Assembly: GCA_016218765.1 (NCBI GenBank)
Contig: JACRCZ010000144.1
Span: 43,269-107,268, forward strand
Length of the DNA stretch: 64,000 bases
Source of the DNA: Deltaproteobacteria bacterium
GTDB lineage: Bacteria > Myxococcota_A > Polyangia > DRWM01 > JAAZOP01
Direction of reading: 5' to 3'
In this document: piece after piece, positions 37,013-45,679 of the stretch
Layout: each line of letters opens with the position of its first letter
Position numbering within the stretch: the stretch's first letter is position 1
Position numbers and translations under genes: made by a program
Notes under the pieces: model-generated
Told to the model about the DNA's origin: nothing
The model's input: only the letters and a program-made list of their open reading frames with translations
Database searches by the model: none

Positions 37013-38413
37013 ATGCACCTGGACCGCTGGCTCGGGTTCGCGACGACGAGACCGTCTGCCGCCGTCTGGTTTGCCCTCGCGTGTGCCACGTGCGACGCCC
37101 GCACCCCGTGCCTCGTCGGGGACGCCGCACCCGACGGTGAGGCCGACGTCGGGACGGAGGACGTCGGGGCCGTTGCCGTTGCCGATGCCACCGGCACGGA
37201 CGTGGAGTCCGCGCCCTGGGGCTGCCCGGATCTTCCCTGCTCGACCCCTTGCCGTCCCGTCCCGTCGGCCTCTCGTATCTTCCTCGGTTGGGGACATGCC
37301 GTGGCAGCGGGGTTCAGCGCGTCCGGCGACACCATCGCGTTTGCGCTCGACGCGCTCGGTTCCGGCGTAATCCCAAGCCGGCATGGGCTGGAGCACGTCG
37401 TCGTACGTTACGGCACCGGCACGTCCGAGCCGCGCGCGATCTGGCCGCACGGAGCATTCGCGGCGGCGTGGAGCGGAGTCGAGTTCGCCGCGTTTGCGTG
37501 GGCAGGCACGGACGACACCGTCCGGTTTCTGCGCTTCGGGGAGGACGGTGCGCTTCGGGCGAGCGTGACCGTAACCGCGGCGCATGACTGGCTTGCGGAC
37601 GCGACCATGCTCTGGACGGGCACGGCATACGTGCTGGCGCAGTCCGAGTTGACGTTGCGGATGGTTGCAGCGGACGGCACCCTCGGCGACCCGTTCTTCC
37701 GGCTCCACGACATCCTGGGCCGGTTCCGCTACGTTTGGGCGTGGTACATCGCGTGGGGTCCCTCTGGTCCGGGGCTTCTCGTCGTCGACTACCCTTGGGC
37801 GGCCGGCTATCCCGAGCCGTCCCGCGTGAGCTTCCTATTGCTCGATTCGGAGGGCCGGGAGGTGTACCGCCCCCTGCCGGTCGGCCTGGGCCCTCTTCCG
37901 CTCGACGAGGTGGATGGCGTGACGTTCCATCCAGCCCCGTTCGGCTTCGTCGTTCTCGCCGTCGTGCCCGTGGCAGAGGAGGACCCCGGGCGGCCGACGG
38001 ATCGCCTGCGACTCCGCCGGGGCGAGGTGAGGGTGGTGCTGTTGTCCGACGGAGGCGAAACGCTTGCAGGGCCGTTGGTGGTCGACACCGTGGATGCGCT
38101 CAACCGCCCGCTATGGCCGGCCGCCACCTATGCCGACGCCGCGGCCACCGAACGGGATGCCCTGGTCGCGTACTACCGCCAGAACATCGACGTCGAAACC
38201 ACAGAGGATCCCATCGACGATGAGCGGAACGCCACGACTCGATTGCGGACCGTGGCGCTGGACGGAACCGTCGGCGACGCGGTCGACCTGGACGAGCCGT
38301 TGTCCCACGTCCGCGTGTTGCGCTCGGGCGGCGTGGTTGCGGTCGCCGGCTCCCGCTTCTGGGGCTTTGACGTCGAGGATCAGGTCGTCCTATGGACCGG
38401 CTGCTGCGAATGA
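37013..38413 (+). CDS. Hypothetical lipoprotein
   Basis: ATG 37013 gives MHLDRWLGFATTRPSAAVWFALAC (lipobox). No family recognised. The stop overlaps the next start (ATGA). Confidence 0.55.
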   Translation: MHLDRWLGFATTRPSAAVWFALACATCDARTPCLVGDAAPDGEADVGTEDVGAVAVADATGTDVESAPWGCPDLPCSTPCRPVPSASRIFLGWGHAVAAGFSASGDTIAFALDALGSGVIPSRHGLEHVVVRYGTGTSEPRAIWPHGAFAAAWSGVEFAAFAWAGTDDTVRFLRFGEDGALRASVTVTAAHDWLADATMLWTGTAYVLAQSELTLRMVAADGTLGDPFFRLHDILGRFRYVWAWYIAWGPSGPGLLVVDYPWAAGYPEPSRVSFLLLDSEGREVYRPLPVGLGPLPLDEVDGVTFHPAPFGFVVLAVVPVAEEDPGRPTDRLRLRRGEVRVVLLSDGGETLAGPLVVDTVDALNRPLWPAATYADAAATERDALVAYYRQNIDVETTEDPIDDERNATTRLRTVALDGTVGDAVDLDEPLSHVRVLRSGGVVAVAGSRFWGFDVEDQVVLWTGCCE

Positions 38414-40644
38414 CCGCCGGTGCGGGACGCGTTCGCCGCTTTCTGGCGGTGACGGCAGCCCTTGCCGCTTGCATTCGCTGTTCGACCGGCCGCCACCTCG
38501 GAGGCGATGCCGAGGAGCACGATGACGGATCACCGGCCGTCTGCGGCAACGGGGTCGTCGACGACGGCGAGGAGTGCGACGGCGAGCCGCCATCGCCGTG
38601 TACCACGGCCTGTGGCTCGGCCGGCCAACGTCGCTGCCGCGACTGCCGATGGGATGTCGAATGCTCGCCGCCGGACGAGATCTGGAACGGGACCGACGAC
38701 GACTGCGACACCGTCTGCGACGACGGATTCGGTTGTTGCGCCGAATGGGTCGGTACGTGTGCGACGGACTGCGGATCGACGGGACGGGGCGAGTGCTCCG
38801 ACTCCTGCGTCCAGGTGTCCTGCGTTCCGCCCCGGCTCGAGATCTGCAACGGCGCGGACGACGACTGCGACGGGCGGGTGGACGAGGAAGTGTGGTGCCC
38901 CGACGCCGAATCCCCGTTCCCGTGGTTCCTCGCGACCCCCTGGGCGTCGGCGCGGGACGACCTCTGGGCTTCGGTCGGGCATGGGGCGCTGGCGCGCTGG
39001 GACGGCGAACGGTGGACGGCCTACTGCGCGGACACGGCCGAGTCGCTGCTCGACTTGTGGGGCTCGGGCGTCGACGATGTCTGGGGCGTGGGAAGCGGAG
39101 GAACCATCGCGCACTGGGACGGCGTCGAGTGGCGCTCGTCCGTCGTCCTGCGGGGAACCAACACCGATCTGCACGGCGTGGGGGGCGGCGGCCGGGCCGA
39201 CGTCTGGGCGGTCGGCGAAGGCGGCACGATCCTCCACTGGGACGGGACGAGGTGGGGGATCACCCCGAGCGCGACCACGGCGAACCTGCGCGCCGTGCGT
39301 GCGAGCGGCGCGCGTGACGCATGGGCCGTCGGGGCCACCGGAGCGGTCGTGCACTGGGACGGCGAAGCGTGGCGCGCCGTGTCCTCGGGCTTCGCGACGG
39401 ACTTGTATGACGTGCTCTCGTTCGGGCCGAGCGACGCCTGGATCGTCGGCGCCGAGGCGCTTCTGGCGCACTGGGACGGGTCCGGCTGGTCGCGGATCGC
39501 CCTCGACGGAACCGTGCCCCTGCGGGCGTTGTTTGGTGCTTCGTCCGACGATGTCTGGGTCGTCGGGTACGGCACGACGCTGCTGCACTGGGACGGTGCA
39601 AGTTGGCAGGAAGCCACGGCACCCTCGGGATGTGACGCATGGTACTTCGACCTGGCGGGGACCGCGGCCGACGACGTCTGGGCGGTCGGCAGCCCCGACT
39701 TTTTCGACCCGGGGTGCCGACTCCTGAACTGGGACGGGTCCGCGTGGCTCGCGGTGGCGCCTCCCTTATCGGTCATGTTCGAGGACGTTTCGGGAAGTGC
39801 CGACGACGACATCTGGGCCGTCGGGCTGGGTGAGACCGGCGGTGTCGTCGTACACGGCGACGGGGTGGCATGGGACCGGCGCGGGCTCGGCTCGTGGCCA
39901 CGCGGGGTCTGGGCCTCGGCTTCCGGCGACGCCTGGGTGGCTGACCCGCCCGACAGCGGCTCGTCGTCGGACCTCTGGCACTGGGACGGTTCCACGTGGC
40001 GGCCCGTCGATCACCCGGCCGGCTCCCCAGTCGCATTCTGGGGATCTTCGCCCAGCGACGTTTGGGTCGCGGCCTACGGCATTCAGCACTGGGACGGCAT
40101 TGCCTGGACGGTCGTGCCGGGACCGTACGGCCTATCGTTCTCCGGCTTCCTGCAGTCCGTCTGGGGATTCGCTCCGGACGACGTCTGGGTGGGCGGGTCC
40201 GGCGAGTGGGTGGAGTTCTGCGGCGACTGCTGGAACGTGCCCGGCATCTTCCATTGGGACGGTCTTGCGTGGTCCCAGGCCTGGGGGGATTGGTGGCCCC
40301 GCGACTCCTCCGTCGTGGACATCTGGGGTGCCAGCTCCGACGACGTCTGGGCGATCAAACGGGATGTGCTCGACGAGGCTTGGGCATCAACGCTGTTGCA
40401 CGGGAACGGCTCGGAATGGTGGCCGGACGATGTGGAACTGGGCGAGATCCACGCGTCGGCGCTGGGCGGCGCGAGTCCCGACGACGTCTGGGTGGTGGGG
40501 GGCGGGGGTGCGGTGCACTGGGACGGCGTCACCTGGTCGCGCGCCGCCTGCTTCCCCGGGTTGTATGAACCCAAGCTCTGGACGGCGCCTTCGGGCGACG
40601 TCTGGGTCGCGGGCTGGCCGGGGATCCTCCATCGCCGGCCGTGA
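38410..40644 (+). CDS. Lipoprotein with Myxococcus-type Cys-rich repeat region and ~13 'DVWAVG..HWDGxxW' propeller-like repeats
   Basis: Lipobox LAAC. CGNGVVDDGEECD motif. There are 13 roughly 40-aa repeats ending in (H/R/N)WDGxxW. The alternative ATG 38392 would overlap the upstream gene by 22 nt. Confidence 0.75.
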   Translation: MTAGAGRVRRFLAVTAALAACIRCSTGRHLGGDAEEHDDGSPAVCGNGVVDDGEECDGEPPSPCTTACGSAGQRRCRDCRWDVECSPPDEIWNGTDDDCDTVCDDGFGCCAEWVGTCATDCGSTGRGECSDSCVQVSCVPPRLEICNGADDDCDGRVDEEVWCPDAESPFPWFLATPWASARDDLWASVGHGALARWDGERWTAYCADTAESLLDLWGSGVDDVWGVGSGGTIAHWDGVEWRSSVVLRGTNTDLHGVGGGGRADVWAVGEGGTILHWDGTRWGITPSATTANLRAVRASGARDAWAVGATGAVVHWDGEAWRAVSSGFATDLYDVLSFGPSDAWIVGAEALLAHWDGSGWSRIALDGTVPLRALFGASSDDVWVVGYGTTLLHWDGASWQEATAPSGCDAWYFDLAGTAADDVWAVGSPDFFDPGCRLLNWDGSAWLAVAPPLSVMFEDVSGSADDDIWAVGLGETGGVVVHGDGVAWDRRGLGSWPRGVWASASGDAWVADPPDSGSSSDLWHWDGSTWRPVDHPAGSPVAFWGSSPSDVWVAAYGIQHWDGIAWTVVPGPYGLSFSGFLQSVWGFAPDDVWVGGSGEWVEFCGDCWNVPGIFHWDGLAWSQAWGDWWPRDSSVVDIWGASSDDVWAIKRDVLDEAWASTLLHGNGSEWWPDDVELGEIHASALGGASPDDVWVVGGGGAVHWDGVTWSRAACFPGLYEPKLWTAPSGDVWVAGWPGILHRRP

Positions 40645-40678
40645 TGGCCGGTCGGCGGCCAGGGAAGGTGGGGCAACC

Positions 40679-41242
40679 GTGATCAGGTGTCCGCCGCGGC
40701 CGCTGTTGGTCCTGTCGGCTGCCTCAGCCGCCGCCTTTTCGTGTTGGATGAGCCACGAGCCGTCGCCGTCCGCCGATTCCGGCCCCGCCGCAAACTCGCT
40801 CGAAGCGGCACTTGTGCCGGACGACGATGCCCACTGGATCGACTGCTTCCCGGTGAGCCCGTGTCACACCTATTCCGACTTCCACGTTCAGTTCACCAAC
40901 GCCGGGCCGACGTTCGTCACGGGTATCTACGTGGACTCGCTCGAAGCGGCCGCCGATCGACCGGATGCCTCCCCGTTCCTCCGCTGCGAAGGGCCGGCCA
41001 ACGCCGGGTGGCGCGGCAGTTCCGGTTTCACCGTCGACGACCCCGGAGTCCTTCGGCCGGGCGAGACTGTCGACGTCTGGTACGACTACTTTGCGCGGAC
41101 GGTCGAGGAGTACTGGTTTGACCTGCCCGACATGTGGGAACACCCCTCCCGCGACTTCTACCTCTTCGCCCAGGTTGTTTTCGACGGCGGCGAGACCCGC
41201 GTCGTTGCAGGGCCTTGGCGATTGATTTGCTGTTCCTACTGA
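40679..41242 (+). CDS. Small hypothetical secreted/lipoprotein
   Basis: GTG 40679. Signal-like PRPLLVLSAASAAAFSC. 187 aa with normal composition. It is convergent with the subtilase gene. Confidence 0.5.
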   Translation: MIRCPPRPLLVLSAASAAAFSCWMSHEPSPSADSGPAANSLEAALVPDDDAHWIDCFPVSPCHTYSDFHVQFTNAGPTFVTGIYVDSLEAAADRPDASPFLRCEGPANAGWRGSSGFTVDDPGVLRPGETVDVWYDYFARTVEEYWFDLPDMWEHPSRDFYLFAQVVFDGGETRVVAGPWRLICCSY

Positions 41243-41274
41243 TCAGGTTCCCCGCGCCTGACGCGCGTCGTCCT

Positions 41275-43818
41275 TCACCCGACCTCGACCTCGTTGACGG
41301 GGATCCCGACGAGGTTGGCGATCGGCGTCCAGACGTCGACGTCGACCTTGTCCGTCTCGATGGAAACGACGAGCGCGTACCGCGCGCCGAACTTGCTGCG
41401 GTCACGCTTGGGCTGCTCCTTCCACCACCCGCTCACCGGGAAGACGGCGATCGCGTTGCGCGCGGCGAGCTCGGCGGCCGTGCCGGACCACGTGTCCGAA
41501 TGCAGCGATCCCTTCTCGCGCGTCCTGCTCCCGAGGAACCACACGTCCGAGGCTGTGCCGCCTTTCGGCTTCTTCTCGTCATCGTCGAGCGCCACCCTGT
41601 TCACGCGCTTGCGGAACGTGTCTTCCTTCTCGGTGGGCCTGATGACCGCGAACCGCAACCCGTGCGAGGCGTAGTCGTGCCGCTTCTTCCAGCCGCACCT
41701 CGCCGGGTTCGGCTCCACGAAGTACGACAGCGTCACGCGCAAGGTGACCGGCAACTCGCCGAGCGAGCGCAGCACGTCCGTCGGCCAAGGAAGGCGGTGG
41801 AGGGTCATCTCCCCCATCTTCCCTTCCGCGAACGGGCGGATCGTGTCCTGGACGACCAGCGTTGCCGTGTTGCTCGCGCTCCACAGCGCGCGGGTCGCAT
41901 CCGGAACGCCGTAGCCGTACCGTCGCAGGAGCCGCCGCCGATCGGTCTTGCTGGCGGGATCGAACTGCGCGCGCATCGCCGGGGTCCATCGCGCGGAGTG
42001 GACGATAAGGGCCCGGATCGTCTCGGGCCAGAAGTCCGGATAGTCGGCGAGGATGAGCCCGCCGATCCGCGCCACCTGCGCGACCGCGGCGCTCGTCGCC
42101 CACGATTCCACGAAGAGACGCTTGGCCGGCTGCCAGTTCGTCGTCAAGACGGAGAGCGACGGGACCCCGGGTGCGACCTGCTTTCCCGACGGCGAGCAGG
42201 CCAAGTTCCCGCCCTCGAAGACGACGTCAGGCTTGAGCGGCCAGGCATCCTGGAACGTCAGCGACGTGGTGCTGTACGGCGAGAGCTCTCCCCCCGGAGC
42301 GAGACCATGCCATCCGTCGCCCAGCCCGCCTGGATCGGCGACACCGATGAGTTCGGTACAGGCGCCCACGGTGAGCGCGTTCCAAGCCTGGGCCGGATCA
42401 TGCACCGCCGTGGTGTCGCTGTCCGCGAGGTGGTCGCGACTCGACTCCTTGACCTGCAGGTCGCCGGCGCTGAGAAGAAACAGCCGGTGCGCAGTTTGCT
42501 CCGCGTCGTTCAGGTAGACGAGGCCCCTGGTGTCGGCATCGAAGCTGCGGCCGGCGGCGAGGGAATCGATGGCTGCGGACCACGACGTCGGTCGCCCCCG
42601 GTGACGGCAGGTCCCATCCGTGACCGCCGACGAGAAGCAGCGCCGCCGGTCCGGCGCCTGGATCTCCACCAACGACGACGCCTCCGCCGTGATCGCACCG
42701 TACAACTCCGGCCTGTTCTCCGGCTTCCCGGGCGGCGGCAGGATCTTCACGGATTCGAGCCGGTGCCGCAACGTGACCGGCGCGGCGCTCGCGAGGACCG
42801 GACCAAGGTCCCCGTACAGGGCCAGCCCGCCCATCTCCGTGCCGTGGCCGTCGTGGTCTGCCTTGCCCCACGACGAGTCGCATGCGTGCGTGTCGTCTTC
42901 AGCCAAAGCGCGGTCGAGCAGCGGGTGCAGGCGGTTGATGCCTGTATCCAGGACGCAGACGGCAGGGCCGTCCGGTTCGTCGGGAGGGCCGCTCGTGCGG
43001 TCGACGAGTTCCTTCGCCGCGACTGCCTGCTCGTGCGGGTCCAAGTCGGCGAAGGCTCCCAAGCTGGCGTTCGGCCGGCGCAGCTCCGCGATGCTGTCGA
43101 GCACGTCCAGCGAGGAGGTCAGCTGCTCCGGGGTTGCGAAAATGAGCGTCACCGTGCGGTCGTCGAAGACCAGGCGGCGGGATGCGACGAGCATTCCGGG
43201 CTGCGACGCCGCGAACGCAACGAGCCGTTCGGCCTCGCCACCCAGGTGCCGGCGGAGCCAGACCTCCCACCAAGTCCCACGCCCCGGCTCGGGGAAGTCC
43301 TCTGGGTCGTCCGTCCATAGCGCCCGGATCGTCGCCCTCCGGATCGCGGCGATGCGGTCGACCATGTCGCGATGCCGTGCCTCGCCGCTCCGACTCTTCT
43401 CGCTCATGTACTTGTCGAGCCGCGACAGGAATGTCTTGACCGCTCCGTAGGGAACGAAGACGGCGGCCATCTGGACCTTCCTCCCGTCCCGTTCGGACTC
43501 CGTGACGGCCAGCAGCTCGATGCCGGAGCGTTGGTTCTCCAGGCTTCCCAGGTTGAGCTCGACCCCCGGCGGGCTCTCGAAGAGGATCCGGACGCCGGGC
43601 TTGGTACCCGGGATGGGCTCGGCGATCGGCAACGCGCTCCGTCGTGCTTCCTCGACGGCGGCGTTGAGGGCGCGTATCAGCCGGGAGGCGTGCGCCTTCG
43701 GATTCGCAGGCCGCGGCGGCGGAAGCGGTGGCTCGATGGCCTGCGGATGCGGCTGATAGCGCTCCCGCTCCGCGCGCTCCCGAATGTGGATGTGCCTTCG
43801 ACGAGGGGATTCCCGCAC
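41275..43818 (-). CDS. Cytoplasmic S8 subtilase-domain protein, IetS-like
   Basis: Catalytic motifs AVCVLDTGI (Asp), DHDGHGTEMGGLA (His) and SWATSAAVAQVA (Ser) lie in the middle of an 847-aa protein. No signal peptide. The ~290-aa N-terminal and ~200-aa C-terminal regions are unrecognised. Confidence 0.8.
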   Translation of the reverse strand: MRESPRRRHIHIRERAERERYQPHPQAIEPPLPPPRPANPKAHASRLIRALNAAVEEARRSALPIAEPIPGTKPGVRILFESPPGVELNLGSLENQRSGIELLAVTESERDGRKVQMAAVFVPYGAVKTFLSRLDKYMSEKSRSGEARHRDMVDRIAAIRRATIRALWTDDPEDFPEPGRGTWWEVWLRRHLGGEAERLVAFAASQPGMLVASRRLVFDDRTVTLIFATPEQLTSSLDVLDSIAELRRPNASLGAFADLDPHEQAVAAKELVDRTSGPPDEPDGPAVCVLDTGINRLHPLLDRALAEDDTHACDSSWGKADHDGHGTEMGGLALYGDLGPVLASAAPVTLRHRLESVKILPPPGKPENRPELYGAITAEASSLVEIQAPDRRRCFSSAVTDGTCRHRGRPTSWSAAIDSLAAGRSFDADTRGLVYLNDAEQTAHRLFLLSAGDLQVKESSRDHLADSDTTAVHDPAQAWNALTVGACTELIGVADPGGLGDGWHGLAPGGELSPYSTTSLTFQDAWPLKPDVVFEGGNLACSPSGKQVAPGVPSLSVLTTNWQPAKRLFVESWATSAAVAQVARIGGLILADYPDFWPETIRALIVHSARWTPAMRAQFDPASKTDRRRLLRRYGYGVPDATRALWSASNTATLVVQDTIRPFAEGKMGEMTLHRLPWPTDVLRSLGELPVTLRVTLSYFVEPNPARCGWKKRHDYASHGLRFAVIRPTEKEDTFRKRVNRVALDDDEKKPKGGTASDVWFLGSRTREKGSLHSDTWSGTAAELAARNAIAVFPVSGWWKEQPKRDRSKFGARYALVVSIETDKVDVDVWTPIANLVGIPVNEVEVG

Positions 43819-43832
43819 GTCCGATGCCTTCC

Positions 43833-44828
43833 CTACTGCGAGGACCGGTCAGCGGCGCGACGCTCGTTCAGCGCGGAGACCAGCGCCTCGGTGTCGGTCG
43901 CGGTCGAGCGGGCCAGGATCGCGTTCTTCGCGGCGTGTTCGCAGGCGCGCGTGATTTCGGCGTGGCTCAACCCATCGGCGGCACGTGCCGCGCGCGGCCA
44001 GTCGAGCCGTGACGTGTCCAGCGGAGCCAGCCGCCCCCGCATGACCTCCTCGGCCATCGCTGCCGACGGCAGGCCGTACGTCACGACGCTGTCGAACCGC
44101 CGGAATAGCGCGCGATCAAGGATCTGGGGGTGGTTGGTGGCCGCGACGATCAGGCTGTCGGATTCGTCCTGCTCCAGGAAGAGCAGGAAGGAATTCAGCA
44201 CACGGCGGATCTCGCCGACGTCGTTGCGCGCGGTGCGTTCGCCGCCGAGCGCGTCGAACTCGTCGAACAAGTAGACCGCGCGCGTGCGCTGGATGGCGTC
44301 GAAGATCAGCCTGAGCTTCGCCGCCGTCTCTCCCATGAATTTCGTGATCAGGCCGTCAAGCTGGATGGTGAAGAGCGGCAGGCCCAACTCGCCTGCCAGC
44401 GCCGACGCGGTCATCGTCTTGCCGGTTCCCGGCGGACCGATGAGCAGGATCTTCCGGAGCGGCGAGAAGCCCCCTGCCTGGATGCGTTCGCGCTGCCGTT
44501 GTTCGAGCAGGACGCGCTCAATCCGGGCCCCCACCGCGTCCTCCAGAACCATGTCGGCCAAGTGCACCTTCTGGTAGCTGACCGTGAGCAGGCCGGCCAG
44601 TTCGCCGCGCGGCTGCACGACCGGGACGGGCTTCATCCGCGGCGCGATCGGCTCGCGGCCGGCGTGCGCGCGCGCTGCCTCGATCAGCTCCCGCAGCTCG
44701 TGGGCAAACTTCGCGTGGCCGTTCCGCGCAGCCTGGGCTGCGACCTGGAGCGCCACGGCGTAGAATCGCTCCTCGTCGCCGTCAACGTGACATCGAACAA
44801 GAGCCTTGAGCTGGTCCGCGGTCGCCAT
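43833..44828 (-). CDS. Classical AAA ATPase, IetA-like
   Basis: ATG 44828 preceded by GGGAGGG. Walker A GPPGTGKT, Walker B YLFDEFD, ATNHPQILDRALFRRF second region of homology. 14-nt gap to the subtilase gene. Confidence 0.85.
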   Translation of the reverse strand: MATADQLKALVRCHVDGDEERFYAVALQVAAQAARNGHAKFAHELRELIEAARAHAGREPIAPRMKPVPVVQPRGELAGLLTVSYQKVHLADMVLEDAVGARIERVLLEQRQRERIQAGGFSPLRKILLIGPPGTGKTMTASALAGELGLPLFTIQLDGLITKFMGETAAKLRLIFDAIQRTRAVYLFDEFDALGGERTARNDVGEIRRVLNSFLLFLEQDESDSLIVAATNHPQILDRALFRRFDSVVTYGLPSAAMAEEVMRGRLAPLDTSRLDWPRAARAADGLSHAEITRACEHAAKNAILARSTATDTEALVSALNERRAADRSSQ

Positions 44829-44942
44829 CCACCCTCCCGGCGCTACCCTAACACCTTGGCGGCCCGTTTCGCCGATCGAACATGGTCGATTCGACCACGT
44901 ATCGATGGGTCCGGCAAGTCTTTGACCCGCATCCCTGGCCCG

Positions 44943-45021
44943 CGCCCGATTGGCCGTCGCGGCACGCTGCATCCAAGGCAACTGGTACCCGGTGGCGATC
45001 GAAATGACGTGGATCTCGTAG
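44943..45021 (+). repeat. 79-bp direct repeat, copy B
   Basis: Offset of 8342 nt from copy A. The perfect core is 44954-45002. Flanks outside the 79 bp are unrelated. Confidence 0.95.
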
Positions 45022-45109
45022 CCCCGCACCCTCCGGCGGCGGATCCCGCGGCCACGGTCGGCCGTAGGATGGCCATGCTCGCGACGGCCGCAGGCCAGGG
45101 AGGAACCCG

Positions 45110-45526
45110 ATGAACCCGAAACTCCGCGCAGCGATGACGGTCACGACCCTGCTCGCGCTCGGCTGCGGCTCGAACGCTCCACCCGCACCGCACACCCCGC
45201 CCGCCTCCGCGACGACAACCGGATCGCCCGCCGGCGACCACCCCGCCGACGAAGGCACCAAAGCCTGCCTGCCTCTCGCGGTCTGCGGCTGCATCACGGA
45301 AGAGTGCGTCGGCGGAGTCGCCTACCCCGACGGCCTCTTCCGCGCCACGACCGGTCCGCAAACAGGACGGGACCTGCTGCACACGCGCGAATGCACCGCG
45401 ATCGGCGGCGCGCTCTCCTGCCACTTCGAATACGTCGACGCCTCCATGGCGTGCACCGAAACTTGTCGCCCCACCTACGCCGGCTTCTCCTGCGCCTGGC
45501 TCGGCGACGACTGCGTCGTCCGCTGA
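45110..45526 (+). CDS. Small Cys-rich lipoprotein
   Basis: GGGAGGAA RBS and lipobox LLALGC. 10 Cys in the mature part. Confidence 0.6.
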   Translation: MNPKLRAAMTVTTLLALGCGSNAPPAPHTPPASATTTGSPAGDHPADEGTKACLPLAVCGCITEECVGGVAYPDGLFRATTGPQTGRDLLHTRECTAIGGALSCHFEYVDASMACTETCRPTYAGFSCAWLGDDCVVR

Positions 45527-45576
45527 TCGCTCGCCACCCCAACCCCCGCCGTCCCACAACGTACAGCTCCTCCTCC

Positions 45577-45665
45577 CCATCTGTGTCCATCTGTGTCCAT
45601 CTGTGGTTTCCCTTCTTCCCCTCCCCCCCTCCCTATCTGTCTCCATCTGTGGTTTCCTTTCTTGC
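45577..45665 (+). repeat. Repeats of CCATCTGTG(T/G): 3 tandem copies plus a 21-nt duplicate CCATCTGTGGTTTCCYTTCTT
   Basis: Tandem copies at 45577, 45587 and 45597. The 21-mer occurs at 45597-45617 and 45643-45663. It lies 15-100 nt upstream of the FHA gene start. Confidence 0.85.
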
Positions 45666-45679
45666 GGGAGGAACGCCGC

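Larger units (their letters stand above)
36601..45021. mobile_element. Candidate genomic islet bounded by the 79-bp direct repeats (no integrase seen)
   Basis: The direct repeats bracket accessory-type cargo: three lipoproteins plus an ietAS-like pair. The segment sits between the conserved rplY-pth block and unrelated genes. No recombinase or tRNA is present, so mobility is only a hypothesis. Confidence 0.3.

Noticed and set aside
41243-41274. Bidirectional terminator between the convergent lipoprotein and subtilase genes
   Set aside because: Only a 5-bp CGCGC/GCGCG stem with a 4-nt loop and no U-tract. This is too weak to call.
44829-45029. N-terminal extension of the ATPase ORF (start at 45029, MRGYEIHVISIATGYQLPWMQ..)
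   Set aside because: The extension is encoded by the 79-bp direct repeat, and the same peptide appears in a non-genic ORF at copy A. ATG 44828 has a strong GGGAGGG RBS and yields a normal AAA N-domain.
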